Below, piece after piece: positions 37,644 to 46,178 of a stretch of DNA of 55,657 nucleotides. Position 1 is the first letter of the stretch, and every line of letters begins with the position of its first letter. The stretch spans positions 1 to 55,657 of the IMG/VR virus record IMGVR_UViG_3300048796_000091; one strand, given 5' to 3'. Source of the stretch: a virus. Lineage: Duplodnaviria; Caudoviricetes. The notes under the pieces were generated by a model that worked only from the letters and a program-made list of their open reading frames with translations, was not told where the DNA came from and ran no database searches. Made by a program: the position numbers and the translations under genes.

Positions 37644-39199
37644 AAATTAAATTCCTTTTTAATATCTGCTATAGCTTTATATCTAGATTCTTTATTTGCA
37701 TCAGTTAATCTAGTATCAGTTTCTACTTCTTTTCTTACTTCATCTAAATTTAACTTTTCCTTTTTCATTAAATATCTTAAGTAGGCTTTTTCTTTGACTT
37801 CTAGTCCAACAGTAGTACATAAATAAATTAAATTAAGTAACTGTTCATCTTTAACTTTTTTATTTGTGGCAGAAATATATTCTTCCCAATTCTCTTTAAT
37901 TCTATATTTATATTTTGTTAATCTATATAATTCTTTAGGTAATACAGAATGTGTAGTCATCAAATTTAAACTTTTATTTTCTATATTTTCTTTAGTCTTA
38001 TTAAATATTCCATATACCTTTTTCAAATATTCATCTTTATCTGCATCTGGATCACAGGCAATATCTAAAGCAGTTAATATTTTCATGATACTTGTTTCAA
38101 TAGTATCAAATTTCTTTTGATAATTATGTCCCCCAGCTACCCGAAATTCAATATACCCATGCTCTATTTTTGATAAATTAGCAGTTCTATATTTGTCTTT
38201 TGATAAACAGTTTCTGGCAATATCTATCAATCCTCTAGCACCTTTATCAGTAATATTTAATAAACCACGATTTGAAATATTACTGATAATTCCACTAATT
38301 TGTGGAATAGTATATTGATTCCCTATTCTATCAAAATCAGTTAACATTTTTTTCTCACCCATAAATAATACTAATTTTAATGGATCAAGTTTATCCAAAT
38401 GAGCAATACTAATATTGATATGTAATCCAGTAGATGAATTAGTTTCAATCTCATTATCATCCATCCACGTAGTAATAAATTTCAATATTTTCATACCTTC
38501 TTCTAATTTCATAGGAGGAGAAACTAATTCCAATCCATGACCTGAACCAGTAATAGAACCATCTGGTTCAATCACCCAGTCATTACCTTTTACAGTTTGA
38601 TGTGCTTTAGAAAACACCTTTACTTTTCCTACATGTTTATATAAGTTATCAGATACTTTATCAGCAGTTAATTCAATATCATCTTCTTGATTTTCGTTTT
38701 CTTCTATATAAATTTTATCTCTGTAATTATTTGTATATCCATATCTAGGTTCTAAATCAAAATGTTCTATAAAATCGGATACGGTTTTGAATTCTTTTTT
38801 TATCCAATCATCCATATCTAAATGATCTACTATTTTTTCATATGCATCTTCTCTATCAAATTTATCTTCATCAAAGTCATCATCTGCCTCATGATCATTT
38901 TTCCAATCAGTAAATTCTTCATCTACTAAATCAATAATATATTCACTATAAGAATCTCTAATAGCGCGACTATCTCTTCCATCTACAATAAAATAATCTT
39001 CTATGTCACTATACGATAAATTCTTTACATATGCGGTTTTTGTATTTGTATGTACTTTCTCATAAAAGTAATTATCCCTTGGAACTAACATCTCAAATTC
39101 AAACCCAATCTTCACCGAATCACTCAGACGTGCTCTTACCTCCGAATACGTCTTAGTATTCATTTTCTTTTCTAATAAATATTGTTTAAATGTTAACAT
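37640..39199 (-). CDS. capsid-tagged amidoligase-like (COOH-NH2 ligase) protein
   Basis: MLTFKQYLLE; IGFEFE, W.IEPDGSI, ELVSPP, STGLHINI, KY...N, YIEFR. Confidence 0.75.
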   Translation of the reverse strand: MLTFKQYLLEKKMNTKTYSEVRARLSDSVKIGFEFEMLVPRDNYFYEKVHTNTKTAYVKNLSYSDIEDYFIVDGRDSRAIRDSYSEYIIDLVDEEFTDWKNDHEADDDFDEDKFDREDAYEKIVDHLDMDDWIKKEFKTVSDFIEHFDLEPRYGYTNNYRDKIYIEENENQEDDIELTADKVSDNLYKHVGKVKVFSKAHQTVKGNDWVIEPDGSITGSGHGLELVSPPMKLEEGMKILKFITTWMDDNEIETNSSTGLHINISIAHLDKLDPLKLVLFMGEKKMLTDFDRIGNQYTIPQISGIISNISNRGLLNITDKGARGLIDIARNCLSKDKYRTANLSKIEHGYIEFRVAGGHNYQKKFDTIETSIMKILTALDIACDPDADKDEYLKKVYGIFNKTKENIENKSLNLMTTHSVLPKELYRLTKYKYRIKENWEEYISATNKKVKDEQLLNLIYLCTTVGLEVKEKAYLRYLMKKEKLNLDEVRKEVETDTRLTDANKESRYKAIADIKKEFNL

Positions 39200-39399
39200 A
39201 ATTCATCCCAATATTTCTGAGTGTTCACGCCATTACCCACTTGTTGTGAGCCATTTGGTTTAATTGTATCCAATGACATTGCCTGATACCTTGGTTTTCC
39301 ATTTTTCATTTTTTCAATCCGCTTTTTCTTTAAATTTGCTTTGATTCTTTCTAATGCTTCTTCATCAAATTCTTTTAGAAATTCTTTAAATGTAATCAT
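39193..39399 (-). CDS. small basic capsid-tagged protein (68 aa)
   Basis: True start MITFKEFLKE at 39399, ATGA overlap with gp14-like stop. Confidence 0.7.
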   Translation of the reverse strand: MITFKEFLKEFDEEALERIKANLKKKRIEKMKNGKPRYQAMSLDTIKPNGSQQVGNGVNTQKYWDELC

Positions 39400-41357
39400 G
39401 GAGCACCTTTTTGACTCAATGGAGCATTTGTACTTGAATTTAATACCCGTTGCATACTTGGTCTGTATGATGAAGGTAACTTTCTCTTGTCCTGTTCCAT
39501 AGCTATCCATCTATTTTTCAATGCAGAATATCTATATAACCTTGCCGGTATATTCGTACTCTCTGCATAATTTAATCTGAAATATGTACCATCTGGTAAT
39601 CCTGCTGTATCCGGTAATACATACCCTTCTGTATATGGTAATCCTTCTGGTGGTAATCCATCTTCTACATATAAATTTGGACCAGAATTTAAAGCAGGAT
39701 TACTTGCTGATAAAGGTTGACCATTCGGATTTCTAGCAGGGTTAGGAGCAGGATATAATACCGATTCTATCGTTCTATTATCATCTGATCCAGTTTCAGG
39801 CAACAAATTATTTGCCATTTTTATAATTTCTTCTGTATTTGTCAATGGGATAGTATCTATCTGCTTACCAATACCATTCATCAATACCGAATCTTGCATT
39901 AAGTATTTAGTGGTATCCACAGTTCCCCAAATATCCCTTGTTTCCTGAGATGGTAATGCAACCTGTCCTGAGAATCTGTATACAGTTGGATTGTACTGTG
40001 GTCCAAAACCGGCGGCACTCCAACCAGTTTCTGTAACCTCAATAAACTTTCTCACTGGATTCAAATTTTGATCCCATTGCATCTCTGGTATGACTTCTAC
40101 AATATCCCCAATTACAATAGGTCTTCCTAATGCAGTTACCATTGTTACAAAGGATACAGTAAATGAATACTGATCTAATATACTTAACCCAAATCTAGAT
40201 AAATCAGATACAGAATCGGCAGTTTGATATTGACACTTAATCATCTGAGGAGTAATATTATATTCCCTATCCCTATTTTCCATAAAGAATAAATCTTGAA
40301 TATTGTTAATATCAGTAGGTGGAGAATCCATTACATCTAAATTCATAACTACCCAAGGATTACTTCCATTGAAAATAGTAGGAGTTATCATCACAGCTTT
40401 ACATAAGTAAGTAGTCTTCAGATTTAAGACTTGGCTAGTATTACTCTGAACTAAATTGAATAATGCAACTCTTCTCCATACATAAGAAGAATTTACTGTG
40501 AATATATCCCCATTTACAAATAATATATTTCCAGAATTAATAGTTGCATTTATATACACAGAATAAAATGGTATACCTATAGTTAAAATTCCAATGGGAG
40601 TAACCATATTATTAAAATGATAACTTACTGTAAAAGTATTACTATTTTCAGCGACAAATACAAAACTTCCCTGTGATACATTTGTACCTGCTGATATATT
40701 AGAAATTATCCCATTACCAGTTCCGGTATATTGAGGAGAAGATAATGTACATGCCCCATCTGCAATTTCTACCTTTACTTGACTAGCAAAATCACCCGGT
40801 ATATTACTTTGAGTGATATTTATAGAACCCACATTCATAAAATTAGGAGCTGGAGGATCATATTCACTCTGATTTCCCCAATATGGAAGTAATTTACTAC
40901 CAAAATCTAATCCAATATAGATAGAATTCGGTGTTACAAATGGTAAAGACCTCCATCCATTGGACGTGTTAATTCCTGTTAAAGGATAACCGGGATAAGG
41001 AGTAGATGAAAATAACACTCCTTGAGATAGGACAGAACCTTGCCCTTGTTGATGTACTCCCTGTAATGCATATACATTGATAGGAGCACCTGAGATATTT
41101 AGGGATTCTGCTACATATTGCTGCTCAATAAGCTGCTCATTAATAGCACATGTATCTGGATTTAACCCAGTGATTTGCCATGTGCCAACCTGAATAATAG
41201 GAGCTACATACGGAGAAAGTGAAGGGGTAACATAAGGCGCATTTGGATTACCAACATTGGTTCCAAGTTGTTGAGGAGTATTAGCTGGATTGTTTAATGA
41301 CCCAACTTCTGCTGGACAGAGTAATACTGGAGGTAGGTCGGTAACAGGAGTAGCCAT
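39396..41357 (-). CDS. neck protein (gp14-like) with inserted domains
   Basis: VAESLNISGAPINVY, IQDLFFMENRDREY, DLSRFGL, LGRPIVIGDIVE; position between gp13-like and gp15-like genes; late box 41385-41392. Confidence 0.7.
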   Translation of the reverse strand: MATPVTDLPPVLLCPAEVGSLNNPANTPQQLGTNVGNPNAPYVTPSLSPYVAPIIQVGTWQITGLNPDTCAINEQLIEQQYVAESLNISGAPINVYALQGVHQQGQGSVLSQGVLFSSTPYPGYPLTGINTSNGWRSLPFVTPNSIYIGLDFGSKLLPYWGNQSEYDPPAPNFMNVGSINITQSNIPGDFASQVKVEIADGACTLSSPQYTGTGNGIISNISAGTNVSQGSFVFVAENSNTFTVSYHFNNMVTPIGILTIGIPFYSVYINATINSGNILFVNGDIFTVNSSYVWRRVALFNLVQSNTSQVLNLKTTYLCKAVMITPTIFNGSNPWVVMNLDVMDSPPTDINNIQDLFFMENRDREYNITPQMIKCQYQTADSVSDLSRFGLSILDQYSFTVSFVTMVTALGRPIVIGDIVEVIPEMQWDQNLNPVRKFIEVTETGWSAAGFGPQYNPTVYRFSGQVALPSQETRDIWGTVDTTKYLMQDSVLMNGIGKQIDTIPLTNTEEIIKMANNLLPETGSDDNRTIESVLYPAPNPARNPNGQPLSASNPALNSGPNLYVEDGLPPEGLPYTEGYVLPDTAGLPDGTYFRLNYAESTNIPARLYRYSALKNRWIAMEQDKRKLPSSYRPSMQRVLNSSTNAPLSQKGAP

Positions 41358-41416
41358 TTTTGTTTAAATTTAGAGATAATGTAATATTTATCACTAAAAT
41401 TATAAAAAGTAATATT

Positions 41417-42142
41417 TCAAGGCTTCCATGGTTTAGCATATTCAAAGAAATTAGAACCATCAGGCTTCATATGAATAACATCAGCCCTATCAAATCTATA
41501 ACATTTGGATGGATATAAATTACCTAAATGAGCTACATGTGTACCACAATCAATAAGCTTTAAAAGCATTTCATCACTCATTTTTGATATTAGCTTTTTA
41601 CCACCTTTTGCATAATATTCGTATTCACCATCTTTTATCAGTTTCATCTGCCTTGGAGTCAACCATTTATCTGCTAGTGCAAGTAAGGATGAACTAATCG
41701 GCATTAATTTTTTGTTCAATTCTATATATTTTGGAATTGTTTTGTAATATTCATCATTTTTATTGAGTAAATAATAAACAAATTCCCCAACTTGATCCTC
41801 ATCCGGTTTAATATCCTTAAGAATGTCACCAGAGAATTCAAAAACAAAACCATATTGTCCATACCTTGTAATATCTCTAGTACAATCATGGCCAGCCATA
41901 TCTCCACCAATTCCATAGATCATAGCATAATGTAAATCTGGAGTTATATAAACCCTATTATCTTGCGGTTTCATATTTCCATTTTTATTTTCCCATTTAA
42001 TTTCTGTATGATATGGGTCTAATCCTTTTTCAAAAATTCCTTTAGCAGCTTTCTCAGTGGATGTACCATGATAATATACTTTAGCTTTATCCGATTCTCT
42101 AGGTATAGCCATTTCTGTGATGAATTGTTTAAAGGTAATCAT
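41417..42142 (-). CDS. capsid-tagged ART-like protein (H-Y type)
   Basis: MITFKQFITE; VYYHGTS...IFEKGL, RVYITPD..YA..Y; late box 42168-42175. Confidence 0.6.
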   Translation of the reverse strand: MITFKQFITEMAIPRESDKAKVYYHGTSTEKAAKGIFEKGLDPYHTEIKWENKNGNMKPQDNRVYITPDLHYAMIYGIGGDMAGHDCTRDITRYGQYGFVFEFSGDILKDIKPDEDQVGEFVYYLLNKNDEYYKTIPKYIELNKKLMPISSSLLALADKWLTPRQMKLIKDGEYEYYAKGGKKLISKMSDEMLLKLIDCGTHVAHLGNLYPSKCYRFDRADVIHMKPDGSNFFEYAKPWKP

Positions 42143-42195
42143 GATAAATAATTTAGTGATAATATACTATTTATCACTAAAATCGTAAACAGTGA

Positions 42196-43086
42196 CTAAT
42201 TATATAACCTTATATTATTCTTTTTCATATACTGTCTGAAAGTATCAAGAGATAAACCAAAATATTCAGCAATTTCTGACATATATTTTTCTTTCTTTTG
42301 TTGCCTTAACCAATCTACATCATTCAATTGTTTGAATTTTTCAGCTCCAATTTGATCTTCTATTCTGTTTAAATAACTAAACTTATTAATTGCTTCATTA
42401 AATGGAATTCCTAAAATTTTTAAATATTTTTTAAACATGTCCTTTGATAAGCCAAAATAATCATATAAATAATTTAAAGAATGCTTTTTACTTTCATTTT
42501 GTAACCATTCTATACTACTCAATTGTTTCATTTTTTCCGATCCAATTATATATTCCAATCTTTCCGAATGAGTAGTAAAGGGAATATTTAACTTTTTAAA
42601 TTGTTCCTTGATCAAATATTCAGATACGCCTAATTCATTAGAAATAGTTTCAATGCTATTTATTTTAGATTGTTCTAAAAGATATTCTTTACTTAAATAA
42701 TTATTATAATTTTGTTCAGTAAGAGTTCTTTTTAATCTATCTTGAGCTTGAATAAGTTTTATATTACGAATCATATTACCAAAATTTTTTCTGAAAGATA
42801 AATGCTGCTTTGGGTATATTCCAGACACTTCTGATAAAGTATTAATAGATTTTCTTCTTACTTCTAAAGCTGGCTTTTTATTGCCATGCATTGGATGAGC
42901 ATTTCCATATTTAATTAAATTTGTTTCATCTGCTTTCTTTCTTGCTTTCTTTCTGATAATAGGAGATTGAAATAAATATTCTACTCCATATCTTTGTAAC
43001 ATGGTTGCTTTTCTTTTTAAATTTGCCTCCTCTATACTGTGAAACTGCCTCACATCTTTTTTACTTGTCTGAATATTGTCTGACAT
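42196..43086 (-). CDS. basic HTH-repeat protein resembling homing-endonuclease DNA-binding region
   Basis: K.TMLQRYGVEY / TNLIKYG repeats; three ISNELGVS / YFGLS HTH-like repeats; no nuclease motif seen. Confidence 0.5.
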   Translation of the reverse strand: MSDNIQTSKKDVRQFHSIEEANLKRKATMLQRYGVEYLFQSPIIRKKARKKADETNLIKYGNAHPMHGNKKPALEVRRKSINTLSEVSGIYPKQHLSFRKNFGNMIRNIKLIQAQDRLKRTLTEQNYNNYLSKEYLLEQSKINSIETISNELGVSEYLIKEQFKKLNIPFTTHSERLEYIIGSEKMKQLSSIEWLQNESKKHSLNYLYDYFGLSKDMFKKYLKILGIPFNEAINKFSYLNRIEDQIGAEKFKQLNDVDWLRQQKKEKYMSEIAEYFGLSLDTFRQYMKKNNIRLYN

Positions 43087-43281
43087 AAAAATACCCTTAT
43101 ATTGTTAAATGATAAGGGTATTTTAAATTAAAAGTTGATAAAGATAAACTACTTTACCTCTTCCAAATGTATTATTCCATTTTTGTACAAATGCATAAAA
43201 ATCTTCTTTTGAATTGAAATTTATTGCTGGTGCATATCTTGGGCAGTGCATAAATTATTTTAATAGTTTATAACAAGGAAT

Positions 43282-43315
43282 ATTATACAGCATTATTGCT
43301 TATAAGTAAACTACT
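43282..43315 (-). promoter_or_regulatory. T4 early-like promoter AGTAGTTTACT-N17-TATAAT
   Basis: GTTTAC -35 and TATAAT -10 with 17-nt spacer. Confidence 0.65.
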
Positions 43316-43334
43316 TTATATTTTATAATTCAAT

Positions 43335-45314
43335 TTATCCAATCATAATAGGATATGAATGTGTTTCTATACCAACATTATCTACTTCCATATCAGTAAT
43401 TTGTCTAAGCAATTCTGTTTTCTTTTCAGATGCCATAGCAAGCAAAGTATCACCATTCAAAGTTAACCCGCCAGTAGCACCCGGTAAAGTGCCATATTTA
43501 CTACGTATAAGTCCAAGCATCTCTATTCCCTCTGCATATGCCCAGTTCTGAATCCACATCTTTGCATATCTGTCATTGATAAGTTCAGATTCTTCTTTTT
43601 CTATCAATACATCTAAAATTACTCGTTCTGTTTGAATAACATTTCTTAACAATGTCATTGTTCTTTTGGCTTCATTCCAAATAAATTCAATTTGACCAAC
43701 AAAAATCTTTTCATAAGTCTTTGAAAGCTGGCTGATTAAATGGATACTTGTTACGTCTATCATCCCGGCAGAATTTCCCATCAATTGATTGAAGAAACAT
43801 TGGGCAAAAATACCATTGGAAGCCGAGATACTACTTATCCCCAACATATTCAATCTATGTATTTTTCTTATACTAACTATTTTATCAGTATCATTACTAG
43901 GATCATTCAAGTAATATATTTGTTGACCAGATGCATTTCCATCTACGCCAAGTCCATCAATAGCAGACACAGCAAAGTTGCCAGTAGTATTTCCATTCAA
44001 TGTATAAGGAATCATTGCTTCTCTTACAGCAGAATCTGATCTTCTTCTAAATTCTGCCAATGCATTATCAATAGCAAGTGAAATTTGTGCAGGTGATAAC
44101 TCCACACAAATACTTGGATAGCCAAGTTGAGACATTACATTTGTCATCAATTGTGTTCTAGCTAAATCTGTACCATCAGTACCAATTCCTACCTTAGCGG
44201 TTGTTGGTACTCCTATTTCTTCTGTATCAGCTCTTATCCAACCAGCAGTTGCACCTGCCCAACTAAGCAATTGTTGTGTACTTGTGTTATAAAAGAACTT
44301 ACCCAAATGAGGTATTCTTGGCAATGGAGCACCAAAACTACTCCAATAAGAAGGTGAATATATATTAGTCCAAGTACCACCAATATTTACCTGAACCAAA
44401 CCCGGAGTAATATTAAACCATTGACCAAGACTATAGAATTTTATATAACTAGTAGGAGGAGCGGATAATTGTGCTTGATAGACTATGAATAAAAAGTCTC
44501 CAGCAACTGGTGCAGGAGTGGTTGGATAACTACCAGACACTGTTATCAAACCAGTATAGGGAACATACGAACCCCCATTTTTCACACGAAGGTTTGTTCC
44601 ATTGCATATTACCCACTGAGTACCATCAAAGAATTGTAAATTATTATCACCCTGTAAAAAGAATAATGAAGCAATATCTACATTGACTGTTGGACCAGTC
44701 ATTACAGTATTTCCGTTATTTGCTTCAATCCAAGCAGATTGTTCATCAGTCCACATCAGAACAGTATTGGAACCAATATCGTAATAAATTTGACCATCAG
44801 TAGGGTTAAGAGGGGCGTTATTTAATTTAGGTATACTCCCTGCATACGGTGTTACATTTGTAGGAGAATCTGGATTTGCTGGTAGAGGATATGACTGCAC
44901 ACCCAATGTATAATATTGCAATACATTAGAAGCAGCATGAACGGATGCATAATAAATTTGATTTGGATTTAGACCAGTTACAGTCACTGTAGTAATAGGA
45001 GTATTACCAAAGAATCCATAGTATGCTGCAACTACTTGTGCATTGCCGATAGTTCCATTAGGAGAACTGGGACTTCCAAAGGCAGTGGATGCAGCATATA
45101 TAGTACTATCTAGCGGGAATTCTTCATTGGTAAATGGAGCTGTAGACAGGGTTACAATTGCACCATCATAGGCAATTGGATTATTTGGTACTGTCCAAGT
45201 TAGGGTAAGTGATCCTGAAGTTGTGGTAACTGGTGAACCGGGAGTCATACTACCAGTAGAAATGGTCATTGATTGACCATCAGCCCACAAATCATGTGTA
45301 GATATTTTTGCCAT
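43335..45314 (-). CDS. neck protein (gp13-like) with long N-terminal extension
   Basis: QLGYPSICVELS..QI..AID.AL, WIQNWA.A, LGLIRSKY..LPG..GG.TLNGD.L; late box 45343-45350. Confidence 0.85.
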   Translation of the reverse strand: MAKISTHDLWADGQSMTISTGSMTPGSPVTTTSGSLTLTWTVPNNPIAYDGAIVTLSTAPFTNEEFPLDSTIYAASTAFGSPSSPNGTIGNAQVVAAYYGFFGNTPITTVTVTGLNPNQIYYASVHAASNVLQYYTLGVQSYPLPANPDSPTNVTPYAGSIPKLNNAPLNPTDGQIYYDIGSNTVLMWTDEQSAWIEANNGNTVMTGPTVNVDIASLFFLQGDNNLQFFDGTQWVICNGTNLRVKNGGSYVPYTGLITVSGSYPTTPAPVAGDFLFIVYQAQLSAPPTSYIKFYSLGQWFNITPGLVQVNIGGTWTNIYSPSYWSSFGAPLPRIPHLGKFFYNTSTQQLLSWAGATAGWIRADTEEIGVPTTAKVGIGTDGTDLARTQLMTNVMSQLGYPSICVELSPAQISLAIDNALAEFRRRSDSAVREAMIPYTLNGNTTGNFAVSAIDGLGVDGNASGQQIYYLNDPSNDTDKIVSIRKIHRLNMLGISSISASNGIFAQCFFNQLMGNSAGMIDVTSIHLISQLSKTYEKIFVGQIEFIWNEAKRTMTLLRNVIQTERVILDVLIEKEESELINDRYAKMWIQNWAYAEGIEMLGLIRSKYGTLPGATGGLTLNGDTLLAMASEKKTELLRQITDMEVDNVGIETHSYPIMIG

Positions 45315-45376
45315 TTATGTATCCTAAGAATGTAATATCATCTATTTATTACATTTTAGAATAATAGCCTTGATAA

Positions 45377-45586
45377 TTAGTTTAAAAATTCACCTAATAC
45401 ATCAATTTTAATTTCAAGTTCTACTTTTCTAGCCAGCATATTTTGCAAAGCAGCTTCAATAGCCATGGCGGTGTTATTCTGTCTCATATAATATTGAGGT
45501 GCATCTTGGAGTTTAGCAATGGAAGCAGCGATGAGTTTGTGCTCATTGACAAGTTGATTGTAATAATCATGGGAGAAATATTGCAT
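45377..45586 (-). CDS. small coiled-coil hypothetical protein
   Basis: Likely start MQYFSH after AAGGA. Confidence 0.5.
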   Translation of the reverse strand: MQYFSHDYYNQLVNEHKLIAASIAKLQDAPQYYMRQNNTAMAIEAALQNMLARKVELEIKIDVLGEFLN

Positions 45587-45617
45587 AAGTATCCTTTTAT
45601 TTGGCTTTGTTATTAAA

Positions 45618-46121
45618 TTATAAATTTTTAATTTGATGAAATTGATCATAATCTTCTTTATATAGCATAGTACATATTGGATCAATGAGTACCGTTTTGC
45701 TGAATGCTTCATTAGTAATAGAAGAATATGCTAAAACATACTGTACATTCAAAAGTACTTTTTGATTGGTTCCGCCTAAAATTATGTATGGAGGGTTGAT
45801 ACAATCAGCTTTATCACCTTCAGAACAAAACTCTGGCATGTACACAAAATTATCAAATCTAGACAAAGCATTAATAGTTTCTTCTGTCATCGTTGATCTA
45901 ACTACTACTGGACAGATATCTTTGAATAGGGAGACGCATTTTACTTGGTTATTATGGTCTTCAGCACAGACGAATACACAATCATATTGAATAGGATTGG
46001 ATAGCCGTTCAGGAAATTCAATATTGATAATGAAATCTGGTCTGGATTTAGGATCACTAACCAAAGTATCAACTAAACGATGGGAAATTGCGTTGTAATC
46101 AATGATAAGAATATTTTGCAT
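45618..46121 (-). CDS. degenerate UDP-glucose dehydrogenase-like N-terminal domain
   Basis: D.VFVC, VVVRST, FVYMPEF, INPPYIILGG; lacks GxGxxG and C-terminal domains. Confidence 0.5.
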   Translation of the reverse strand: MQNILIIDYNAISHRLVDTLVSDPKSRPDFIINIEFPERLSNPIQYDCVFVCAEDHNNQVKCVSLFKDICPVVVRSTMTEETINALSRFDNFVYMPEFCSEGDKADCINPPYIILGGTNQKVLLNVQYVLAYSSITNEAFSKTVLIDPICTMLYKEDYDQFHQIKNL

Positions 46122-46178
46122 GATGTATTATAAGATGAGTGGGTGATACTTTATTTATATAAAATATCACCCGAAAAA

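Noticed and set aside
42196-43086. Active homing endonuclease
   Set aside because: Only DNA-binding-type repeats visible; no HNH, GIY-YIG or PD-(D/E)XK motif found
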